From assembly GCA_964234715.1 (NCBI GenBank), contig OZ174276.1: DNA of 64,000 bases; one strand, given 5' to 3'. The position numbers and the translations under genes are program-made. Positions 9,197 through 22,678 of the stretch are shown in pieces. The stretch's first letter is position 1. Every line of letters starts with the position of its first letter. The stretch comes from Podarcis melisellensis (Eukaryota). The notes beneath the pieces were generated by a model. It was not told the DNA's origin. It searched no databases and worked only from the letters and a program-made list of their open reading frames with translations.

Positions 9197-11582
9197 CTGC
9201 AAAGAAGCAACACACCACTCAGCTTATTGGCAGTTGCCAACACCCAGCCCACATCATGGGGCAAAGCAAGGCGTCTCACGGCAGAAGAACAGCAGCTCCT
9301 TAGCAGTTAATAACATGAAGGTTCTGCACTAGACGCTTGAAACTGAAATGGCTGGTTGGCTTCGTACACTTCATGCCAGGGCTTACTTAAGATACATGCT
9401 GCAAATCTTGGATCAGAACCACTTGTGTTGCTTTGATCCATGCGGCAACTCTCTAAGAGTGTTGCCAGTGAGGTAGGAGGGGAAATGGCTCCAGGAAGAT
9501 TCCACTATCAGCTATGAGGGCTCTACTCTCTCAGGAGGGCTAAATGAACTGGAGGGCTACCTCTACCTCCCTGGCCAAGGAAAGAGGAGAAAACAGGCAT
9601 TCTAGCCTCCTGTGTCCTGTTCTTCACAGGGCAGTGTCCTAACTTTGATTGCTCCTCCTCATGGCCTGATTAGGCCCCGGGTGTCTAAAGGGGAAGTGTG
9701 ATAGGTCTGTCTCGCTCTGGGTGCAAAATGTTATAGGAACATTAGCGGATGAACCTCTCTCCCACTGCCACTGCGCTGTGAAGCCCTGGCCTGTGGAGTG
9801 AAGCCCACGTTTCCTTGCCAACTATGCTCTGTAATCAGGGGAAGGGTGTTTTTATTTTATTTCCTCTTCTTTTAAATGTAACGTCTTTCACTGGGGAGTT
9901 CTATAAAAATGCTGATGACCGTAGGGACTGCACTCCTTTGGGTATTATGAGGACTCCTCCCGGATGATGTCATAATGGAAGGGAGGGCCTTGTCTGTCCA
10001 AGAGGAGAGGGAATCCCAGTGAGCAGACTGCTGCCACTAGGGGGAGAAAGTGAGATTTTTAAAAAGTTTTGAAAAGATAACAATATAAATGTATCTCTTA
10101 TGAATCTCCCCCTTGGAGCACGGACCATGAGCTCTGCCTCTAAAGAAGACTGTTAATTGCACCTATACATATCCTGCTATCTTTCGATATAATTTTGGGA
10201 GAGCTAATAATCTCAGCAGCGGAAGCAGCAGTAAAGAATATACGGGACTAGTCAACTTCTCTGCACTTGTCTCCCTGTGCAAAGAATGTACAGAGTTCAG
10301 CTTAGCTTGAGGTTCTTAATGAAGGTTTGTTTCCTGCCCTGGGGTTGGCCTAGGCTAAGAGCATGAGTTCCTACTGAACCCAGGGACAGTGTGTTCCCAT
10401 CCCATCAGCTCTCTCTCCCACCCCATCCCCACCCTGTCCTCCTGCAGCAGCCTTTATGCAGCTCCAAACTGCAGCTAGAAGATGAGCAGCCACATTAATA
10501 ATTCAGATCCTACCCCGGCAGAGATCAGGTTGCTTCCTGGATCACAGCTTCTCTCTGGAGGTCACCCAGACAGAGCAACACGCGGGGGCTGTTTCAGCAG
10601 CCAGAGTCCATCTGGGTAGCTTCTGTGGTGCTTAAGCTCCTCCTCCCTCCATGCCCATCCAGTCCAAATTTTTTTTCAACAAAGAAAGACAGTTCTGTGC
10701 CTTCAATTTCGCAAATTCATCTTGAACAGTTTATTCTGCTTCCAAGGTTCAGAATTTCAAAAGAAATTGGAATTGTTTGGGCAAAGATTTGGGTTGGGTG
10801 TGGGGGGGTAGGGGAGGGAGAATGGAGCTCTAAGGCCTCACTTCCCTGAAGACAGTGGAACTCCTTCCCACTGGGATATCTGCTTGGCTGCTGGGTGTTT
10901 GCAGATTACAGATGGTGGAGAACACACAGAACAAGCATATTTCAGTGGTCATAAGTAAGTGCTGTACTCGGTGACCTTGTAAAGTGAGCACAAATCAAAG
11001 GAGTTTTGACTCTCATATTCATTCTATGTTGTACTACTGCTGGGCTGGCTAAACCCTGGTTTAGGGGCCTGTTCTGACCCCTCAGTCAGTTTTTGTCTGA
11101 CTCCCCACCACCAATTTTGGCAGTGCCAGAAAAAGGGGGGAAATAGTGACATACACTCGGTATGAGGTAGGTGAGCTTCAGAGCCTTCAGTGTTCCCCCT
11201 TCCTAGTCATCAGGCTGATCATTTGATGGGGGATGATAATAACCCAATTTCCTCAGATGATCAGCATGGATCAGCTGCTGGTGGGGGGGCTGTGTGCCTC
11301 TTGAGTGTGTTATGTATGTGTGCATGAAAGTGGTATGGGTGGGCACCCCCACAACTGGCATGTAAACCTCAGAGTAGGGGCCAAGGATGAATGGACCCTC
11401 AGCCCAAAAAAAGAAGAGCCACCCCTGCTTAATCCTGCTTAAGTTGAGGATATTATTAGCTTAGGAAGTGTGCTTTAGCACCTGTGCATATGTATGCTAC
11501 GCATCTACCTGTGCCCATTCTCAGATCCTGCTTCCACAGGAAAACACACTGTCCTTACAGATGGCTCAGAACTAGCCCTAAA

Positions 11583-11692
11583 GCAGGGGTGGTTATGAGG
11601 GTGATGCCAATATATTGTTGGACTCCCAATGGTCAGCAGGGATGGGAGCTGGAGTCCAGCAGCAGCTGGAGGGCACCACATTGGCTATTGCT
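11583..11692. mobile_element. Degenerate palindromic hAT-type MITE
   Basis: Similar to the 45769-45886 and 58166-58306 copies (tgttggactcc...ctggagggcaccacattggcta). Confidence 0.45.
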
Positions 11693-12007
11693 GCCCTACA
11701 GCATTAGAGGTCAGCATCAACCTTTGCCATGGAACGTGGACACTTACCCCATATGGTTTTAACATGTCCAAGCCAAACCAGGTACCCAAGAAACAGAGCC
11801 ACCCAGTGTTGCCAAGCAAGGTCAGTATCTGCAGGGTATCTGCAGGACCCTGTGAATGCTGCGCCTTCACTTCCCTCAGGCAATGCAGCAAGGGCCGGTG
11901 CTTGATCTTTTGCCTCGGTTGAGGTCCTGCGAGGGGTGGTGCTATGGAGGGTGCCTTGGGCAAGTGGCCACACACATTAGGTGGAAGTTCATTAGGTGGA
12001 AGCTTAC

Positions 12008-12102
12008 CAAGGTGGAGGCTGCAGCCTGCTTGGACTCTTCGCTGAGGTGGCCCAGCATTTGCTCCACCTTGGCCAGCTCTTCCTGGCTGATGTAATCAGT
12101 GT
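12008..12102 (-). CDS. RNF123: RNF123 exon
   Basis: ctgcag|(Y)TDYISQEELAKVEQMLGHLSEESKQAAASTL|gtaagc; 95 bp. Confidence 0.94.
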
Positions 12103-15100
12103 CTGCAGAAAAACAGAGAGATTAATGATAAAGGAAGGGCAAGTGGCAGCAGAGTGGGGGGGGGGCACAGGTTCTACTATTACTATGCAGAGCAGGGGGT
12201 GTTGGGGGCCTTGCCCCGGATTTCTTTTTTTCAGCCCCATCCCACCAATGACTAGTTGGGAGGGATTAAAATGAAGCTGCAGTGGAGGTGTTTGGCCACA
12301 TGGTGGCAGAGCCCAGCATGAGCTGATCTGTTAACCAAGTGAGGCGCAAAGAGGTGAGGCACCTTGTTCTCAGTGTTATCACAGGACAGAGGAAAACGGC
12401 TTTGCGCAGTAGTGCTCTATGGGACAGGGACAAGGGTAGAGTTCTCAAAAGCCACCAGATGACAGCATGCATGGAAAGCATTATGCAGGTATAGCTTCCC
12501 TGGGCATATTGTGGCCACAACTCTTGCTTCAATTAGACAACCCAGAGATTTAGAGTGCTGATGAGAAATACTGGTCTATGTTTTAAAATATGCAAGCTTT
12601 GAGAGCCCCATAGACCATGTGATCAAAGATGACCAAGTCCTCAAGACGATGCCAAGGAAATGGAGGTTAAATATTGCATCCGGAGTGGCAAGCCATCCAT
12701 GAAAGGGGTGAAAACTCTTCAGTTGTCACAAGGCAATCAAAGCTTCCTATCTGAGCAACTCATGAGGGGGAACATAGGAGTGATCCTACAAAGGTTAAGC
12801 AACATTATTGTCAGTGCCATTAAGGGCTCCGGCTATAATATGGGAGAAAGATCTTCCGATGCATCCATGCTCCTGCATACACACACACCCACCCCTCCGC
12901 CTCTCTCTCCACCCCTCACATTTCTGATAAGCATGTGTTTGTTCTGGGGAAGCCTTCATAAGAAGAGCTCTGCCGGATCAGGCCGATGGCCCATGTAGTC
13001 CACCCACAGTGAACTACCAGATGTGAGAAACCCACAAACAGGATCTGAACACAGGAGCACCTCCCCCTCCTGCAGTTTCCAGCAACTGGTATTCAGAAGC
13101 ATTACTGCCTCTGACCTCTGCCTCTTTGGATTGCTTAGGCCTCTGGGATTTGACACAGCAAAGCGCCTGCGAGAACTAGCATAGTTTTCCTTACTGGGTA
13201 GAGCAGGAAAAAATGGTTGGCAAAGAAGGCACAGGGCAACTCTGGCCATGCCCATACACCCGAGTCTATGAAGCAACCTTCAGAAGCGGATCTAATACGT
13301 ATTTGCAAAGACTGCCTATGGCAGAGAATATCAGCCGCTGGGCCAGCTCAGTATCAGCATAGGTGCTGCTGCTGGCAGATACACAAGTACATGCATTTTT
13401 GGAATCAGGCTTTTAGACAAACACTCTCTTGACGGGTGGGGCGAGAACATTCCCTCCATAGCCCAGAAATAGGATGGGAACACAAGCACTTTGCTGTAGG
13501 GTAAGGGAATTCAGAGCGAGGCAAGAGGGTGCAACAGTAGGTAATGCTGCAAACAGGGGAGGGGCAGGGGACTCAGCATGCTCCATTCTGGGAAACAATT
13601 AACAGTGCCTCTTTAAGATATAATGCACAGTGCATTGCGGAAAACAAAAGAGAATCTGCCTGTGGTGTCCTCTGCAGGCTACTGCCTTCCCTCTAGCACA
13701 CGTTTTCACACTATCAGCAGGAAAAGGGAACCTGCAGTTGGCAGGCAGGGAAGTCCCACTTAATAATGACATTAGCGGGAAGGAAAGGACAGTGGTTATA
13801 ATCCCTGTAGACTCGAATACAGCAGCAACCACCCCAAGGCACAGCCTTGTTCCATGTGAGGCATCCCCCGAGCTTTAGGATTCCCAGTTAACAGTAAACC
13901 CAGAGCACTTTCTAATATTACTTTCCTTTTTTCTTTCCAGCAGAGGATCATCATCAACCTGCCATAGTACTGCTTCAAATTTTTTCCAAGCACTCAACAG
14001 TGAGCATATTTGGACATGGTAGAGTAATTGTCATTACCCCCTTCCATTTCTCTTGGATGTAGCTTTCCTGGGCTCAGCAGAGATTCACAAGGGAAAATAC
14101 CAGAGATCATACTTGAGCTAAGATGTGGTTTATCATATTGGCTAAATGGCCTCTCTAAGATGCCTCAGTTCTGTAAAAACCTGGAAGTGTATTGCTTTTT
14201 ATCAAGGCTGGACTAAGACGTTTTGTTGCCTGAGATCTGATGAACAAGATGACACCCTCCTTCCCATGCCATGTATAAAATCCAACCAGACTGGCAACTG
14301 AATCTTACTTCAACAGTAACAATGGGGTCCTCCACTGCACCCAAGGACAGCAGCCTAGCACAGTGGGCGTAGGGCAGATTGCACAGCAATCACACAGGGC
14401 CAGTCCTACTATTAGGCAGAGCGCAACAGCCGCCTTAGGCAGCAGATGCTGGAGAAGCAACATCCGCTGGCCAGTCCTCCAGTGTCCTTTTGGCAGCTCC
14501 CCACCTTGGGAGGACAGAGCTGTGTGTGCCATGTGGCCTGTCTTGCACCTTCCTAAGTTAGCTTGCTGCCTTCAGGTGCTGAAATATGCTATCCCATCAC
14601 AACTGCTGATGCAGCTTTCACTCCAGTCAACTTCTGTGCATGGAATGGTGAGGGAGGGGAGAGGCTATCATCTAGTCCTTTGACTCAGGCAGCAAATTAT
14701 CTTGAGTGGGCCCTGCACACAACGGCTCTCCCCTTTAGCACTTTGCTGTTGCTCCCTATCCCACAGTATCTGCCTCACTCTGCCTAATGGTAGGGCTGGC
14801 CCTGGTTTGCATGCATTCGCAGCTGGAGAACAAAAACTAGAACCCCCCCCCCTGCAAGCCTGAGGCAAGGAGGCCTTCAGCCAGCCTTTCATAGGGAGAG
14901 TGAGATAAATCATAATGGCCACAATTCAGCAGAGGTTAAAAGAAAGAGAAAGATTTGCTGCCTGCTGCAGTAATCTTCCACAGTTCTCAATCACTTCAGC
15001 AGCTCTGCACCACTACCCCAATCACATAATGCCTTATTTCGTCATCAGCTCAAGATCTCCATGGAACTAGAGGTTGTGTAAATAAAGCCTGCACTATTCC

Positions 15101-15555
15101 TTAGGGATCACGGTTTCCTCCATCTCAGCGCTCCAATTGCTTTCCTCTATCTCAGCAAACTTCAAGGGCATGGGCAGAGCCAAGGACAGGAGCCTGGTTC
15201 TCTCTCTCTCTCGCTGGACACACATTTCTTTTAAGAGATGGCATGTGGCAGTTTGGTATGCAAATGCATACATAACAGTACATATTTTTTCACTATAGAA
15301 ATTTTTTTTGCTGCCATCCTACCCAGCGAATAGGAATGGATCCTTAAAATGGGCTGTGGGGCAAAGTTAAGTGAAAATAAAATTAGAAAAGATGCAAACA
15401 ACTTCTTCTCTGAAAACACACACACACAGTGGGGACTCCACGACTGGTCCCTCCGGGGAAGCGTAAGCAGCGCCATGTGCTGCTCTGCTGTGCCACAGGA
15501 CAGTAGGCCTGAGCAGCTGAAGAATAAGCTGCCTCTGTTGCTGGCATTGCTGATG

Positions 15556-15756
15556 CAGGAATCTGCCTTCTATTGAGGCAGGCCCTTGAGTCAATCCAGC
15601 CTCGTATAGTTTACTGTTCTAACTGGCAGCAGCTCTAGGGGGTCTTGGGCAAAACTATTTCACATCCCTTTTTACCTGATCCTTTTACCTGGAAATGTAA
15701 GAAGGCTGAACCCGGAACCTCCTTGCATGCAAATCCTGTGCCCTACCACTGGGCAT
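15556..15756 (-). mobile_element. Degenerate tRNA-derived short SINE (Squam3-like)
   Basis: Reverse-strand A/B-box-like head (tgaacccggaacctccttgcatgcaaa...ccactg on plus); similar to 48398-48602. Confidence 0.5.
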
Positions 15757-15967
15757 CCCACAAGTCCACATTGCTCTGCTAAACCCCCTCAAGGATACCC
15801 TGCACCTGCTCTATGCATCGAGCTACAGTCAGCTCACACCACCCAATTTGTGACTTATCTTGTTTTATTGTGTTGTGTTGTGTCTTATCTTGTTTTATTG
15901 TGTTGTTATTTTACAGCAGATGCATTTTAAAGTGTGCTTTTATTTTTCCATGTAGCTTTATGGAAAA

Positions 15968-16329
15968 GGGACACAGGTGGCGCTGTGGGTTAAAGCCTCA
16001 GAGCCTAGGACTTGCCGATCGAAAGGTCGGCGGTTCGAATCCCTGCGGCGGGGTGCGCTCCCGCTGCTCGGTCCCAGCGCCTGCCGACCTAGCAGTTCGA
16101 AAGCACCTCCGGGTGCAAGTAGATAAATAGGGACCGCTTTCTAGCGGGAAGGTAAACGGCGTTTCCGTGTGCAGCTCTGGCTCGCCAGAGCAGCGATGTC
16201 ACGCTGGCCACGTGACCCGGAAGTGTCTCCGGACAGCGCTGGCCCCTGGCCTCTTGAGTGAGATGGGCGCACAACCCCAGAGTCTGTCAAGACTGGCCCT
16301 TACGGGCAGGGGTACCTTTACCTTTACCT
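15968..16329 (+). mobile_element. Full-length Sauria-type SINE (tRNA-derived)
   Basis: A box GGTGGCGCTGTGG, B box GGTTCGAATCC (16032-16042), (ACCTTT)n tail. Flanked by direct repeat TTTATGGAAAA (15957-15967 and 16330-16340). Confidence 0.9.
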
Positions 16330-16870
16330 TTTATGGAAAAGCAGCTTTAAATATTTCTTAGGCTAATGAGCTTACATATATGTATATACACTTCCCCCCC
16401 CCCTTTTTAAACCTATTCTTTTGTCTGAATTCTTAGCTGATCCTTCTTAGGAAACGCAAGAAGGGCCGTGCTGGATCAGGCCCATGGGCTCATCTAGTTC
16501 AGCATCCAATTCTTAGAGTAGGCAACCATACGCCTGTGGAAACAGGATGGAAAAGTTGTTGCTGTTGCTGTTGGAGAGCAGAGGCACAGCAAGAGGAAAA
16601 CAGGGAGTTATTCCCATGTTGTTGCCACAGGGCAAATATATTTGGTGGCCTCAAATACACAAAGCATCTGTGAAGAGCAGGGACAGGCAAGGAGGGAGGA
16701 GACACAAGACAGCTGTTTACAAGCTCTGTAGCGGAGATCTCAGTGATACCCTTTCTACAAAAGGCACCTAGGAGTTACCCAAATGGCAAAGTGGCAGGCA
16801 ACAAGGAGCCATGCAGGAACAAGCGACTCATGGCGTATGTTAAGCACAGCAAATCAGAGGAGATACTTAC

Positions 16871-17013
16871 AGCTCTGTAGGGAGAAATGTTTCTTGTCAG
16901 CAGAAGCTGATGCCATCCCCAGGACTAGAGGCTCCGTGTTCCCCAACAAGTACTGAATAGAACGGAGCTGGAAACAGGGATCTGCCAGCAGCACAGCTGT
17001 TGCCCGCTCAGCA
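16871..17013 (-). CDS. RNF123: RNF123 exon
   Basis: tttccag|[49 protein letters not shown]|gtaagt; 143 bp. Confidence 0.95.
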
Positions 17014-20000
17014 CTGGAAAGACAGACAGAAAGACATGCTTTATGAAGGCCTTGTCTTGGAATGACAGCACATCTCGTTCCTCTCAGCAATCCCTGTGTG
17101 ACATGTTTGTGTTCATGAGAACTGGCATCTTTAGGAGTAAAGGACACACTCTCTAGTCTTTAGAGCAATATTGCTTCATTAATATTGTTGTCAGACCTCC
17201 TGCCCTATGGCCATCACAAGCTGCTCCCGTTGCTCACTGGTGGCCTAGCACAGCAATGGATGGTACAGACCCAACGGCAATGGGAGAGGAAAAGGCAGGA
17301 AGTCAGAGAATGGGCCCGTATGATGCCTCCTAAGAAACAGGGTCTTAGGGTCAGGCTGCTTTATAAAGACATCTGGAACTTCCTCTTGGCCACAGTTGGT
17401 GGTCTCAAAGTGTAGGACATCTTGACAGGTCCACCTGACTTAACATCGTATGAGGTATTTTCTAGGTTGATGAGGCTTCATTAAATGGGGACTGTTTAAT
17501 TCCAGAGGCTGGTCCCTCAGAAGCCAACGGCTTTTGTACAGACACACAGCACAGCTTAATGGGCACCAAATTTTCCAGCCACCTTGGTGTACAAGTTGCA
17601 CACAGTCAGAGGGCAAATGTCTCCAAAAAGCAACAACATCCTGGTAAATTAAATAGGTCTTGAACAGCAGAAATTGCATTCTTCATTTGATTGATATTCA
17701 ACTCAAGAGCAAGAGGCAGCTGTTTAGCAGCTAGATTGACTGACATACTGCATTTGCTATATGCTGCAGCCTGGAAGAACAAGAATGGGTGCAGGCGGGG
17801 GGAGGAAATGTCACCATGAATTGTCTTGACTAGGAAGCAGAACCTCCATACATTTTAAGCACCTCTTTCAGCCATTTGTTATATAACAAACAGGTCCTAC
17901 TAGTGGAAGCCTGAGCAAAGGCTGGTTCTCTTCCCAGCATGCACCCCCAAATTGCCTTGAGGGGGGGGTCAGAAGAACCCCCATAACAGGGGGTGGAGGG
18001 GAGATTGTTCTACCAGAAAAGCAGAAATGCTTGCACTGATGGAATGATCTCCTTATCACCATGTTGAATTCGTCCCACTATCTCTGTTATGAGGGAGATG
18101 ATTAGGACTACCAGTAAATACCAAATTATGCATATTTATTTTCATGCTGACGCCAGGTTGTCTGTTTATAAACAAGCACATGTGAGAGGAGAGAAAGCGG
18201 CTGTCCTGAAGGAGCAAAATAATTAAAAACGAATTCTCAGGCATTTAAAGTTATACTTATGAATTCCACCATTTAAAAAAACCAACCCTCAGTCTGAAAA
18301 AGGATTTTTATTTATTTATTTAATTCATACACCACCCTTCATCATAGGATCACAGGATGCTTTGCTGCATAAAAACACACATTTAAAAAAACAAACAAAT
18401 GAAAGAATAACCCCCCTCACCACATTTGTTATCATCTTGTTGCCATTAACACCTGATCATGTTGAGAGTCCAGCTGCTGTAATGATTCAAGAGAGCTCTT
18501 ATCTGCACTGACTACTAATTATGAATTTAAAGTAATGACTATAACACCTTACTTACACTGGATCAGCTGTGATGTATTATTTCTCACTAATTAGTTGGGG
18601 TTTCTGCTACATTCTTGCAGCCATTTTGACTTACCAAATACATGTAGAATTGCAGCTTAATAATATAATCTTTTATCAAAATGACCATTCACAACTTTTA
18701 ATTACTTCCTCCTACTCTTTCCATTCAAAGAAGATTAAATATGGTAAGAACGGCCTTAACAGGTGAACACAATAGTTGGATTAAGAAGTCTTACAGACTA
18801 CTTAAACCCTCAGATTTCATGATGGTACACGAAATGATATGTTCATGATGGAACATATCATTTGCAACAGGAGTTATGTTTCTGCCAGTTTTTTACATAA
18901 ACACACACACACTCACAAAGATTAAGTTCTTGTAATTAGCTTTTTTGTTCTTTGTTGGTCTTCTTGTTATTATAGATTTGTATTAATACAATAAGAATTT
19001 AATAAAAATTACTTGTTAAAAAGCTCAATTTTTCATGTTCCCTAACTGAAAGCCAACCTTTGTTCATCACAAAGCATTAGAAGATATGTCTCATTACTTG
19101 TAGCTCCCACAATCAGCAAATGAAGCAGTCACAACAAGACAAGCAGGCTAATAGTACAAAGAACTGGAGAGATGAAATTTATGGGAAGTATTATGCAGCC
19201 CTGCACAGAACTATTACAACAGCTACCAACGTCATAAGAGTGAAATGTGAGAACATAAGTGGAATCTCAAAAGATTAAAATCAGAAGGCACAATTGCCCT
19301 CCTCACGTGTACCTCCATGCATACACATTAAGGGAAACGATGCTGTGTTCTCCTAGCGCTGCCCCTGATGTTGCTATACCTCTGACACTTGCACATTGAG
19401 TGGGATTCTGCAAAGGCACAGCTATGCATGTACATAGAAAGGCATTTTATGTGAGGACACCTCAACCTTGCAGGGATCCTTGTCATCTCAATTGTCTACT
19501 TGCATACAATTGTACAATACCCTTTTCTGGTGTTCCACTCAATGCCCATATTTCAGATATGCAGCAAAAGTCCTGGCCCTGCCTTTCTCCTGCCCTCCAT
19601 TTTTAGTGAATGTGTACGGTTCAGTGCTAAGCCCATGGCAGCCAGAAGCAGAATGGGCAGCATTTCCTGGTAATCAAGTATAAACTCTTGGAGGTATTGT
19701 GATAATCTGAAAGCATGAACTGTGCTAGCACTGTACAGAGAAACACACTGGGCCCTTCCTACCCTCAACATACCAAATAGCAGAATTAAAGTCACATCAT
19801 TTCCTGAAGACCACTGATTTGAAATTGGGGTTTACGGGACACTGCGCTGAGGTACATTTGGAGTGGTTCACACTCTTATCTCTCTAACTGCTACTCCCTT
19901 GTCTCGATTTCTCTTTATCCACATCTCCCTCTTCCCCCATTTTCCTCCCTCCTTGACCTATGTGGACCTGGGGCTGCTGGTTGCCCAGCCTGCTCTGTGG

Positions 20001-21946
20001 GTCACTGTTGGACCACATCAGAATACAGGGATTGGTTACAGATACAAAGCAGCACTTTCCGTCCTTGTAAGAGGAAGTGAGCCTGCTTCCTGGGATGCAG
20101 CCAATGCATTTCCAAGGAACATGCATTTGTTTCTACTGTACACTTAACTTTATGGCTGTGCAAAGCTGCCAGTGGGGACTACTGCTGTCTGGCACCCCTT
20201 TCCTCCAAGGAAGACTAAGTCAACATTCAGAAAGGGCCTTTGTGAGTGGTTTGTCAAGGGCCGAATGATCCAGACTGCTCAGCAATGCAGCACTTGGGTG
20301 TAGAGAAGCAGGGGACCGAATTGCTTTAGAGCACTATTAGCTTTCCTACTCATAAAGTGAGGAAGGCCGTTCCCTTGCCGAGAAAGGAATTAACACACAG
20401 TCAGGGTGCTGCCAAAACACCACTCATTTGAGGACATATCCAAGTCTCTTACCAATACCAGGGAGAGCAGCCAGAGCACTTTGAACTGAACTGTTTCAAG
20501 AGACAGGCCTCCTGCTTCATTCAACCTGTAGGGCACACAATGGTGCCATAACTGTCCCGAGGACTCTGCAGTGAGATGGGGAGACTGCTCACCTAGAAAG
20601 GAGGCGGCACATGCCGTGGAGAAAGGGGCTTCAGGTGACCTTCTCTAGGAGAGTGTTCAGGACTTGTGTTTGTTATAGGGAAATCAACAAAAATAAAGTG
20701 GTCCTGTAAAAGACTGTATGTGGCATGTCTACTGCCACATACATGTATGATACAATACCAAAGTGCAAATCCAGACATAGGCAATTGCAAAGACCTCAAA
20801 GAAATGGATGGTTGAGCTAACCCAATGTTTTGTGTTGAATTTTGACTATTTCTACTGAGGAATCTTATATCGTTCCAGAAAACGTCTGATGCTTTAATGG
20901 TCATGTTGTATTTTGCTAATGGGTTTTGTGTTGTCTTCTCCAGCTGCTGAGACTGAAAAGCTTTGCATAGCTTGAAAAAAATTGTGAGAGGAAAGTCCCA
21001 TTTAAGCATGTTAGGCCTAATGGAATTACAACCCACAGATCACTTCCTGATGGCTAAAACTAATTTGATATTAATTGAATTACTCTTCCTGCTCAGCCTG
21101 CCACATAGCAGTGACCTAGCTCTCACTGAAGTGGTAAACATGTGTCTCACTTGGACCAGTTCACAGTGCATTTGGAGGCTCACATGGTGGGATGCTCCCC
21201 TACACATAGAAAATGAGCATGCCAGAGAGAAGACCAGACCAGAGGCCTTCTTCCTGACATGCTATTTTCCTAGGTGAAGGGATTTTTTTTTCATGAACAA
21301 AGGAAAATTCAATCACATGGATCCCCACTTGCTCTCAGAGAGAACTGGATATTTTTGTTCAATTTCTTTAATAAAATAAATGCTTAAATCTGCATCATCT
21401 CAGATGACGATTTTAGCTCAATGACCTCAACATTCAAGCCTACTTCATCAACTATATGGAGAATGTAAAGTTCATGGGCCTAACCAGGTCTGACTTCACA
21501 TACTGTTGGATATATAGATAAAGGATTAGGAACAGCTCAGTTCTTGTAAAAGTTTTGCTGCTTTGCATCATCCATTTTGTGGAGAAGTATGTTTGACACT
21601 GGATCTCAACAACGCTTTCACTTCCCTTCCCTGGAAAACACACCACTTCAAGATCAGAAAGGAGAAATCAATTCATTTACAGCTCACTTCAGGGCATATG
21701 CACACACTCTGGAATCACAATTCAAGAAAGACATGGACATAGGAAAAACAGAACACTTAATATTTGCTTAGAGGAAAAAGATTGCAAGTGGGGGCAGAGA
21801 TTAATTTTACATATATTTACAAGGTTTTCAGGAAGAAAAACACAGTATCACCAGAGGACTATTTAAATTACAGAAAGGCTGTGTTGTTGTTGTTTTTAAA
21901 TTAAATATTAGGAAATTTGAGCTAACCCTGTCTATGGAAGTTACGT

Positions 21947-22119
21947 TAGGATTGCCATATTTCAAAAAGTAAAAACCAGGACACACTGAAAGTTAATGAG
22001 TTGTTTTTTGTTTCAATTGACATGCCTAAGATCCAGGACAAAGCACCTCCTTTCAGACATCAATTCCACCTTTGAAATCCCAGTAATGTCTGGGAAAATC
22101 CAGATGTATGGCAGCCCTA
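21947..22119. mobile_element. hAT-type MITE with TAGGGTTGCCA-like TIRs
   Basis: TAGGATTGCCATA ... TATGGCAGCCCTA. Flanks agttacgt / agttaccgt resemble an 8-bp TSD. Confidence 0.7.
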
Positions 22120-22344
22120 AGTTACCGTATTACTCTCTTTTATGCAACATTTTCATGAAAAGTGCCATCTGTCCAGAGTAGCCTTTCCTTTTTCAGATCC
22201 AGGAAAGGCCTTTCATTTCAACCTGAAGAATGGGGAACCCCCTTTTAAAATCCATTTGCAGCCTGTCTCTTAGTTACCATTGGCGTGATCCACCTTCTAT
22301 CAGACCCAGTTGTGGCCCATGAGTTGAAGACCAATGGCATAGCA

Positions 22345-22678
22345 CAGAGGCAGGGAATCTCAGGTCTAAGGGTCAAGCACAGCCCTAGTCTAGGCTGCTC
22401 TCTCTGTCCCCAATAATTCCTCCCAGGCTACCCCCTCACTCAGAGTGTTTTTGCCTGGCTGGAATGTGTCCTTGTACTCTGATAATGCCTCTTAACTTGA
22501 TGGAGGACACAGAGGGTTTTGTGTGTCTGTAGAAAGTAGCCTACTGTAAAAAGGACACAAACGCATTCATTGCTCTGTCCATTTTTGCCCTGATCCTACC
22601 CATCGCTGGCATGTGGCCTTCAGAAGGTTTTCCAGAAAGGAATGTAGTCCTCAGGCTGAAAAAGATTCCTCACTTCTG
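22345..22678. mobile_element. Old non-autonomous hAT (Charlie-like) element
   Basis: Imperfect TIRs CAGAGGCAGGGAATCT / AGATTCCTCACTTCTG. Confidence 0.5.

Noticed and set aside
11975-12004. 15-bp tandem duplication touching an RNF123 donor
   Set aside because: Ordinary slippage duplication; the original donor GTAAGC is intact.
15854-15908. Repeated TTATCTTGTTTTATTGTGTTGT unit
   Set aside because: Two-copy low-complexity duplication, not an array with spacers.
16032-16042. tRNA-like B boxes here and near 26030 and 48545
   Set aside because: They are SINE heads; no complete cloverleaf, so no tRNA gene is called.
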